NCBI GenBank assembly: GCA_035258605.1
Contig: DATFXD010000160.1
Coordinates: 78-64,077, forward strand
Length of the DNA: 64,000 bases
Source of the DNA: Hyphomicrobiaceae bacterium
Lineage (GTDB): Bacteria > Pseudomonadota > Alphaproteobacteria > Rhizobiales > Hyphomicrobiaceae
Direction of reading: 5' to 3'
The translations under genes were made by a program, and so were the position numbers. Every line of letters starts with the position of its first letter. The stretch's first letter is position 1. A model generated the notes under the pieces. The model was not told the DNA's origin. It ran no database searches and saw only the letters and a list, made by a program, of their open reading frames with translations. Shown here piece by piece: positions 57,234-64,000 of this stretch.

Positions 57234-58958
57234 ATGATGCGGACCTTGTCTGCCAGCGCTGTTGGATGGGAGGGCGCCGAGTTTCTGGAGCTTGCCGAAG
57301 CCTCTGCCGGCATCGGCGTCTGGGACATGGATCTCGCCACCGGCATGGTGCGGGGCAGGCCACAGTTTTTTCGGCTGATGGGTCTCGATCCTGCCACCGA
57401 ACAGGTCTCGATTGAGGTGATACGCGCCCTGCGTCACCCCGACGACCGCGCCAATGTCATCGGTGGCTTTCAGCAATCGCTCAAGAACCAAATCGACTAC
57501 TACGAGAGCGAATACCGCATCATCAAAGATGGTCAGGTCCGCTGGATTCTGGGGCGCGGGTGCATCGTTCGCGACGCTCGTGGCGAGCCTGTCCGCTACA
57601 GTGGGGTCGACATCGATATTACCGATCGCAAGCGTTTCGAGGAAACGCTACGCGCCGCAGAAGCCCGTTTTCACCGTGTGTTTCAGCTGGCGCCGATCGC
57701 CATGAGCATCAGTACGCTGCAAGAGGGGCGCTACATCGATGTCAATGCCGCCCTGACACTACAGGCTGGGTATTCTCGTGAAGAAATGATCGGACGCACC
57801 GCCCGTGAGCTTGGCGTGTACGTGAACGAAGATGACTTCGGCAACCTGCGACGCTTGCTGGCCGAGACCGGCATCGTCAAGAACCTGGAGCTGATGCTGC
57901 GCGGAAAGCGCGATACTCGCACCATGCTGCTCAGCGCCGAAGTCCTGGACCTGGGCCAGGAACAATGCCTGCTCACCGCATCGGTCGACATCTCGGATCG
58001 CAAGGCGGTGGAGTCCGCGCTTTTGCAAAGCGAGCAGCGCTACCGCAATCTTGTGGACAATGCCAACGATATCGTTGCCACGCTCGATCTCGACGGACGG
58101 TTCACCTCGATCAATCCGGCGGTCAGGCGCGTGCTCGGTTATGCACCGGAAGAACTCATTGGTTTGTCAATCGGCGCGATTGCGGTTGCCGGTGAGCTGC
58201 CGTTTGACGGATCGCGCTTGCAGCGGGAGCTGGAGAGCGAGGGTGCGACCCGGCATGAAATGCAGATTCTGAACAACGACGGGCATCCGCTTGCACTCGA
58301 GGTCAACTGGAAACTCATCCGCGACAACAGTGGTCGACCGATCGCCATGCATTCGATCTGCCGAGATGTCACCGAGAGGAAGGACGCAGAGGCCCGCCAA
58401 TCGCTCCTGATCCGAGAACTTCAGCATCGGGCCAAAAACCTGCTGGCGGTAGTGCAATCGATCGTCAGCAATACGCTGCGCAACAGCAAGGATGTGCACG
58501 CCGTTAACGACACGGTGTCTGGGCGTCTGCAAGCGCTGGCGCGAGCCCAGGAGTTCATCGCCGCCGGACCCGGCGGCGGGGCACCGATCGGAGATATCGT
58601 ACAGGCCGAGTTGGTCGCCTTCGGTGGCCGCGTCCGTATCGAGGGCCCTGCTCTCGTCGCCGGCACCGCCTTTGCGCAGATGTTTGCCATCGTCGTCCAT
58701 GAACTCGCCACCAACGCCACAAAGTACGGTTCCTTGTCGGTGCCGGAAGGTCACGTCGACGTTCGTTGGCTGATTGAGGAGGAGAGCACGTTTTGTTTTT
58801 CCTGGAAGGAGCGCGGCGGCCCGCCGATCGACCCACCCGCTAGGCTGGGCTTTGGTAGCGAGGTAATGCGCGTCGCCTTGATCGAAAATCCGCGGATTTT
58901 CTATGGCAGAAATGGTTTCGAATACGAGATCAAGGTACCGATCGGTAATGTCAGATGA
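57234..58958 (+). CDS. Multi-PAS sensor histidine kinase, HWE family
   Basis: Three PAS/PAC units (VDIDITDRK, VDISDRK, CRDVTERK), the H-box ELQHRAKNLLAVVQSIVSNT, and HATPase motifs (ELATNATKYGSL, GFG). Confidence 0.85.
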   Translation: MMRTLSASAVGWEGAEFLELAEASAGIGVWDMDLATGMVRGRPQFFRLMGLDPATEQVSIEVIRALRHPDDRANVIGGFQQSLKNQIDYYESEYRIIKDGQVRWILGRGCIVRDARGEPVRYSGVDIDITDRKRFEETLRAAEARFHRVFQLAPIAMSISTLQEGRYIDVNAALTLQAGYSREEMIGRTARELGVYVNEDDFGNLRRLLAETGIVKNLELMLRGKRDTRTMLLSAEVLDLGQEQCLLTASVDISDRKAVESALLQSEQRYRNLVDNANDIVATLDLDGRFTSINPAVRRVLGYAPEELIGLSIGAIAVAGELPFDGSRLQRELESEGATRHEMQILNNDGHPLALEVNWKLIRDNSGRPIAMHSICRDVTERKDAEARQSLLIRELQHRAKNLLAVVQSIVSNTLRNSKDVHAVNDTVSGRLQALARAQEFIAAGPGGGAPIGDIVQAELVAFGGRVRIEGPALVAGTAFAQMFAIVVHELATNATKYGSLSVPEGHVDVRWLIEEESTFCFSWKERGGPPIDPPARLGFGSEVMRVALIENPRIFYGRNGFEYEIKVPIGNVR

Positions 58959-58988
58959 CGCATGGGGCCGTGAGCGAAGCTTGCCGCG

Positions 58989-59018
58989 CTAACCCTGATG
59001 AAACTAACCCTGATGAAA
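58989..59018. repeat. Perfect 15-bp tandem direct repeat (2 copies)
   Basis: CTAACCCTGATGAAA occurs twice, starting 31 nt downstream of the kinase stop. Confidence 0.9.
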
Positions 59019-59267
59019 GAAGCGCAGGCCTGCATGCAACCAGCCGCCCCCGCGGCGGCGCAGAAGTTCTAAGTCTAGCGGCGCGCGTGATGAGATGAAA
59101 GCTATCAATCGAGCGTGTTTGGCAATCCTCGGCACCACGATCGAGTATGGCCGAGAGGACCTCTACCGCTGCATCGGGTGAAGGCTGCCTGCCGGAGCCT
59201 GGATCTTGCGATTATCGCTTGACCCAGTCTCCGGTCGAATTCGGCTCGGCAGCTAGCTTAGCTACTA

Positions 59268-59789
59268 CTAGCGGCGTCCGTCACCGCCTCGGCCGCCCCC
59301 GCCGCCCATGCCTCCACCCCTGCCGGTGCCGCCGCCAATGCCCGCCGAGCCCATGCCCGGGGAGGCCGCAGCTGCACCCGCGCGGCCGCCTTCACCGGAA
59401 CCCGGACCGCGCAACGCCGATCCCGCGCGCTCGCCGGGGCCGCGCGCTGCTGTCCTCTCCCTGAACCTGGCACCGCGGTCGCGCTCGCCGACATTGACGG
59501 CCGTGCGTGCGCGATGGTCACGACGGTGGAAGCGTCGATTGCGCCCGACGTCGACGCCGACAGCCACGCTGCTGTAACCGAAGCTATCGTCATAGTCGTA
59601 GGCGTCGTCATCCAAATAGGCCGTGCGATACGCGTAGGCAGGGGTTGAATAGCCATAGCTGCGCGGGGCATAGGAATAGCCGTAGGCACGCGACTGATGG
59701 TAGCCGCCCCAATCGCAAGCCCAGGCTGCGCTGCTGGCAAAGCCAACAAGGCCCAGGGCAGCGGCCGGCAGGATGGCAAGTTTGCGCAT
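59268..59789 (-). CDS. Secreted low-complexity protein (Tyr/Asp-rich, then Arg-rich, then Gly-rich)
   Basis: AGGAA RBS and signal peptide MRKLAILPAAALGLVGFASSAAWA. Three compositional blocks follow: YGYSYAPRSYGYSTPAYAYRTAYLDDDAYDYDD, then RNRRFHRRDHRAR..., then GIGGGTGRGGGMGGGGGRGGDGRR. Confidence 0.55.
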   Translation of the reverse strand: MRKLAILPAAALGLVGFASSAAWACDWGGYHQSRAYGYSYAPRSYGYSTPAYAYRTAYLDDDAYDYDDSFGYSSVAVGVDVGRNRRFHRRDHRARTAVNVGERDRGARFRERTAARGPGERAGSALRGPGSGEGGRAGAAAASPGMGSAGIGGGTGRGGGMGGGGGRGGDGRR

Positions 59790-60418
59790 TTTCGGTTCCT
59801 TTCTGGCAACAGCTTTTGCGTTGACCGATGCGAAACGGAGCCTGTCGATCAGGGTTCCGAGGCAAGGAGCGCGTTGTGACAACGCATGAGATGCTGTGAC
59901 AAGGCACGAGACACGCGATCAGAACAGAACACGAGGGTCTGCGACGCCCGCGCTTCGTCGATGCGTCTTGCGTCGATGGCGCGCGGTTTCAGGGTCGACG
60001 TCGATCCCATGCCTGGTCGGCAACGACAACCGACAGCCGCAGCCCACGTCAGCAAGGCGATCACAGCATTGAGGGACCGAAGGCTGCGAGAATAGCGGTC
60101 GAATGTTGAGGATCTATCGGCAGCAACATTGAGACGGCAACGACACGGCACCGGCGATTGCCGAGCCCCAGGTGAGCCTTCGCTGCTCCGTGCGGCTCGT
60201 TGCGAGCGAGTGCCAAGTCCTGCGCCCAATTGGTCAGCATCAGGCCGCTACCAGCGGATCGCTCCGCGATCTCTCTGACTGAGCTCTATCTTTGCGATTA
60301 GGTGGCGGCGACGACAGTAACGGGAGACGCGATGTCGCCGAAGGTCAAGACTCTTGACCGCGCAGTTCGCCAGCAACCCCCGCATGGCCTTTCGAAAGAT
60401 CTCAACCGAAGCAGCCGA

Positions 60419-61270
60419 TCACATTGATCGGGCCGTTTGCGGCGATCTGACCGTTTGCGGCCTCTTTGCTGTCCTGGCCCATTTCCGGAAAAGATCGCGC
60501 GTTTCATTGTCCATCGGGAAGAAGCTCTCGATGCGCAACTCCTGCAGCGTGATATCCTGCGGTGTGCCGAGCGTGGCAATGGTGGTGAAGAGCCGGAGCC
60601 TGGTTCGGCCTTTCTCGAAGTGCATCGACAGCACGGGCGCGTGAGTGCTGCTGGTCGGCGCCTCCGACACTGCGGCCGGCACATCCTTGTAGGCGAGCAG
60701 CCGCTGCAATAGAGCAGCCGTCTCCGTGGTTCCATCCGCGACGGCATCGGCTTCGATGCTTCGCATGAAGTAGCGCACGACCTCGGACCAGTTCAAAAGG
60801 TGCGGTCGCAACATGTCGGGCGCGACCAGGGCATCGGCGAGGTTGATGGGCGTCCCCGGGTTCAGCGCGCCGACCAGGAATTCGACCATGGCCACCGCGC
60901 CTTTGTTCGCCTGGAGCAGGTTCCAGCGACGATCAACGACCACGGCCGGGAACGGTTCTTGCTGGGTCAACATATAGTCGAGAGCGTCGCGAACGGGCGC
61001 CAGCGCCTGCGCGCCGAGGTCAGTTTCGGCCCAGACTGGCGCGTAACCGGCTGCCAGCAGCAGTTCATTGGACTGGCGCAACGAAACGTCGAGTGCCGCC
61101 GATAGGCGCAGGACCATCTCGCGGCTCGGTTTGGTGCGCCCCAGCTCCAGGAAACTGATGTGTCGCTGAGAGCATGTTGCAGCCATCGCCAGCTCGAGTT
61201 GTGACAGGCCGCGCCGCTTGCGCCACCAGCTGAGCCGCAACGGAAATGTGGAGTGTGCGGTCATGCTCAT
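60419..61270 (-). CDS. XRE-family HTH transcriptional regulator with MmyB-like C-terminal domain
   Basis: HTH region LRLSWWRKRRGLSQLELAMAATCSQRHISFLELGRTKPS, then the MmyB-like block PFPAVVVDRRWNLLQANKGA. ATG at 61270. Confidence 0.8.
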   Translation of the reverse strand: MSMTAHSTFPLRLSWWRKRRGLSQLELAMAATCSQRHISFLELGRTKPSREMVLRLSAALDVSLRQSNELLLAAGYAPVWAETDLGAQALAPVRDALDYMLTQQEPFPAVVVDRRWNLLQANKGAVAMVEFLVGALNPGTPINLADALVAPDMLRPHLLNWSEVVRYFMRSIEADAVADGTTETAALLQRLLAYKDVPAAVSEAPTSSTHAPVLSMHFEKGRTRLRLFTTIATLGTPQDITLQELRIESFFPMDNETRDLFRKWARTAKRPQTVRSPQTARSM

Positions 61271-62065
61271 CTGCCCATCCTCGATACTGAGCGTCCTGTC
61301 GCCGTTTGCCCTGCCGTGGTTTAGCGGTTTTGTTGTCTCATACATCGGCGACGGTTCGGGCTCTGGGCTACAATTTTGGCCGACTACACGCGCGGTTCGT
61401 GGCCCTGGCCACCGTAGGGGGCCTTGAGCGGGCGCGCCAAGGGGAATCGGTCTTCGGGCGTTTGGCGGCGCTGCTGCGGACGCGCAAGGCCACTCCCTCA
61501 TATTTGGTGCGCGACTACCCTGCCCGACCGGCATGGTCGCCATCGTGGTGACGGCGCAATGACGGGCGCGAGCGGGGATATCCGGCCATTGCCACGGCTA
61601 ATTCGCCCACCGTCTAGATCGAACGCAAGCAACCGGAGGTTTTCCTATCGGGCGCGAGATAACTCGGTGCGGCGAGTAGGCGACCGCCTCTAGCATCGTC
61701 CCCCGCCTATAATCAGGCGATAAACGACAAGTATGTCTCTATTGCCGTGAAGGAGGTTAAGGAGAGTGGTTTTGCTGGTTTGATCTAGGTCACGGCCGAA
61801 TGACCGATAGATGGAGCGCCGCGAGATGGGACCGGAACTGGAGATTGGATTTTGGCTGACCTGACGCAGACGAGGAAGCAGATGCGTCTTATGTCGACAG
61901 ATTGGAAAACTGCGGATGCGCTCGATCGGTCTCTGGGAGGGGCCGGTGGCTCTATAACGTGCCTGGCGGAACTACGCTCAAGCCCACGCGCCATTGGCGG
62001 CGGACGGGCTATGACGGCGATAACGTTATGCTGAGGCGAAGCTGATTGGGAGGTATGTCGGCCGC

Positions 62066-62521
62066 ATGAAGGTCACTAGAGGAGACCTGGTCAAGCTTGC
62101 GTTGGAGGGGCGGTTCGATGTGATCGTGCACGGTTGTAATTGTCAGTGCGTCATGGGGGCGGGCATTGCAAAGACCATTAAGCAGACCTTTCCTGAGGCC
62201 TACAAGGCCGACCTGGCGACGTTAAAGGGCAGCCGCGGAAAATTGGGGTCGATATCCGCTGCAACAGTTACGCGTGGAGGCCGCCACATCACGGTTGTCA
62301 ACGGTTATACGCAGTTCCATTGGCGCGGGGCTGGGGTGCTCGTCGATTACGACGCTGTAAGAGCTGTCATGGCGGAAGTTAAAACGAGATTCGGTGGCTG
62401 CCGCTTCGGCTACCCCAAGATAGGGGCTGGTCTCGCAAAGGGTGACTGGAGCGTTATTGCAGAGATCATCGATCTCGAACTTGCAGGCGAGGATCACACC
62501 CTGGTGGAATTTACGCCCTGA
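62066..62521 (+). CDS. Stand-alone macro domain protein (ADP-ribose binding/hydrolase fold)
   Basis: 151 aa with FDVIVHGCNCQCVMGAGIAKTIKQTFPEAYKAD and GYPKIGAGLAKGDW, typical of short phage/bacterial macro domains. Confidence 0.75.
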   Translation: MKVTRGDLVKLALEGRFDVIVHGCNCQCVMGAGIAKTIKQTFPEAYKADLATLKGSRGKLGSISAATVTRGGRHITVVNGYTQFHWRGAGVLVDYDAVRAVMAEVKTRFGGCRFGYPKIGAGLAKGDWSVIAEIIDLELAGEDHTLVEFTP

Positions 62522-62558
62522 GAACGGCTCCGGGCGTCGTTCGGCAGGGCAGGCCTCC

Positions 62559-62816
62559 ATGTCTAATCAGGATTGTGCATTCATCGCCTCCCAGATACCG
62601 GTGTTGCCAAGCAACACGGAAGGCCAAGCCCATTCTAGCGTCAAGGTCCTGACGCCAACGTTCGAGCCCGGTTCCGATATTCCTGCCGACGTGCGCGAGC
62701 ATAAACCATTACCCGACACTGTGACCCAGCGGCTGCCCGCCCTGCGCGGCTATCAATATTTCTTGGCCGGGCAGGACATTGTGGTGGTGGGTAAGGGGGC
62801 AAAATCGCCTTCGTGA
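62559..62816 (+). CDS. Small hypothetical protein (85 aa)
   Basis: ORF 37 nt downstream of the macro gene. The C-terminal LPALRGYQYFLAGQDIVVVG is faintly DUF1236-like. No clear SD. Confidence 0.35.
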   Translation: MSNQDCAFIASQIPVLPSNTEGQAHSSVKVLTPTFEPGSDIPADVREHKPLPDTVTQRLPALRGYQYFLAGQDIVVVGKGAKSPS

Positions 62817-62944
62817 TCGATGTTCGGGTTCGACCGTAGCAGTGTCCGGCCCAGGGCTCAGCGCCGGAAAGCGGACGAAGCGCGCTAACTGGAGCGCGCG
62901 CCCGCGAAAGTGAAACTCAAACGTCAGACCAATAACGACAGTCG

Positions 62945-63358
62945 TTAGTGCCAGAAATGAAACAGCCCAAGGCCAATGACCGTACCAACGAGGGCAGGTA
63001 AGAGCCAATGACGATGGCTGTCGCGATGATCATACCAATGATCATGATGGCGAGGGCGGTAGTAGGAATGCTTGGCGTAATGCGCTGCCTTCGCAACCCT
63101 ATGGGAATGCTGGTGGTGGACTACCCTCACCTTCTTACGAGGCCGTGCTTTCGCAACTTTATGGGAATGCTGGTGTCGGTGGACTGCTTTTGGCTTCTTT
63201 AGCTTGACGACCTTGACGACCTTGTACTTACCAGGTTCAGCGTTTGGCTTGGAACCTGTTACGTAGGATTGTTGGCGGGTGATAGCGCCTTGCCCAATAG
63301 ACGAGGCGGGCGCAAGCGCAATTGCCACTGCCAGAGTGGCAGTCAGAATTTTCCTCAT
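62945..63358 (-). CDS. Secreted His/Lys-rich repeat protein with C-terminal TM helix
   Basis: Signal peptide MRKILTATLAVAIALAPASS, the internal repeat KAVHRHQHSHKVAKA / VRVVHHQHSHRVAKA, and a C-terminal WLLPALVGTVIGLGLFHFW. Confidence 0.55.
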   Translation of the reverse strand: MRKILTATLAVAIALAPASSIGQGAITRQQSYVTGSKPNAEPGKYKVVKVVKLKKPKAVHRHQHSHKVAKARPRKKVRVVHHQHSHRVAKAAHYAKHSYYRPRHHDHWYDHRDSHRHWLLPALVGTVIGLGLFHFWH

Positions 63359-64000
63359 GGATTGTTCCCCTGTCTAGAGTAACTATCATAGCCGTCGGGC
63401 GGCGCCGGGGCGGTCAGGTTGCGTACCGTTGCCTGCCTGCTTGAAGAATCGCTTGAAGTAGAGGCTGTAGGTTTTGCTGGCGCGCTCGGCTCGCGGAATT
63501 TTCGAAGATGGACAGCGGCACGCCCGCAGAGCGATCCCATCATGGCGATCTCTGGCACGATCGTGGTCTAGGCTTCGAAACGACAACGGCTGCGGTGGGA
63601 TTGGCGCTCCCTGCGGGCCGCGCCAAGGCCGCATTCTATCAAACGAGCGGTCAGGTGGGATGCTCTTGAGTGTGGCAGCCATTGTGAATGATGCCATCGC
63701 GGCCGTTGGCAGAACCCTGGCGCGATGACGAGGCGCGTCGCGAACAGCTAACGGCACGGCATTGCCTGACGCGGTTAAAGACGAGCTCCACATTCATACG
63801 CAAGCTTTCTTCCGCTATCCGAACGACCTCACGACATTGCTTTACCAGTACGTTTCCAAACATCGCGACGAAATTGGCGCGTCAGCAGATTTCTAGCGCG
63901 CATACTCATCAGGGATTGCTCTGGTTTCGTCTTGTCGTCAACGGCTGATGCTACTCCGCATTCTCGCGCTTCCAGTTTCCATTTCGCGCATTTCGTCTTA

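Noticed and set aside
59095-59181. 28-codon ORF MKAINRACLAILGTTIEYGREDLYRCIG in the intergenic region after the kinase.
   Set aside because: No SD, very short, and no supporting features; it cannot be distinguished from chance.
60432-60461. Direct repeat CCGTTTGCGGC x2 near the 3' end of the MmyB-like gene.
   Set aside because: It lies inside the coding sequence and simply encodes a duplicated PQT(V/A)RS peptide at the disordered C-terminus. There is no evidence of independent function.
62066-62816. DarTG-like toxin-antitoxin or defence pair (macro domain plus neighbour).
   Set aside because: The neighbour is an 85-aa protein with no DarT/ART-like motifs, and the macro protein lacks the DarG C-terminal domain. 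No toxin candidate lies within reach in the window.
63386-63948. Several 60-135-aa ORFs on both strands at the window end (63386-63793 -, 63651-63863 -, 63688-63948 +).
   Set aside because: They are mutually overlapping, lack RBSs and recognisable motifs, and have odd composition. They are possibly remnants of decayed genes, but nothing is supportable. The window also ends here.
1-64000. CRISPR arrays, tRNA/rRNA genes, IS elements, integrases.
   Set aside because: I saw no repeat-spacer periodicity; the only tandem repeats have two copies. There is no T-loop-type GGTTCGAATCC-like tRNA signature, no rRNA-like stretch, and no transposase or integrase motifs in any frame that I could recognise.

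Overview
High-GC window with the gene order of an alphaproteobacterial (Hyphomicrobiales/Rhizobiales-like) origin-proximal chromosome. All calls come from reading the ORF translations and the DNA by eye; no searches were run. From 1 to 16.4 kb almost every gene is on the minus strand: cysK, coaA, hisE, parB, parA, rsmG, mnmG, mnmE, a GNAT, rho, hemJ and hemE. From 16.8 kb the orientation flips to plus with a tightly overlapping operon (PDRP, maf, aroE, coaE, dnaQ). The flip point is the hemE-proximal intergenic region, which has an AT-rich stretch and a perfect DnaA box, so it is the best oriC candidate. Two parS sites flank mnmG. From 20 to 46 kb the content is housekeeping or mixed: secB, a Tim44-like protein, mltA, an Smr protein, a TrmH-like methyltransferase, SDRs, DUF2865, PCD, thpR, the tesA-like/ABC ATPase/FtsX-permease trio, BI-1, GNATs, DUF2794, tex and an LLM oxidoreductase. 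This stretch also holds a PAS/HWE histidine kinase divergent from a five-gene catabolic cluster (HisD-like, SDR, HyuA, HyuB, amidase). The most unusual part is 46.8-55.9 kb. There, two NicO/NiCoT-family Ni/Co transporters bracket a set of exclusively extracytoplasmic proteins: a Vgb-like propeller, a BNR propeller, a secreted MBL hydrolase, an anchored helical protein, and a CarboxypepD_reg/haem-c/propeller protein. I cannot assign a described pathway to this set. From about 55.9 kb to the end, composition becomes patchy and lower in GC. This tail has a 776-bp gene-less stretch with a structured element, a second HWE kinase, a low-complexity secreted protein, an MmyB-like regulator, a stand-alone macro-domain protein and a His-rich repeat protein, and it looks accessory. 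I saw no rRNA, tRNA, CRISPR array, transposase or integrase. Many long ORFs in the supplied track are antisense or off-frame shadows typical of high-GC DNA and are not reported as genes.
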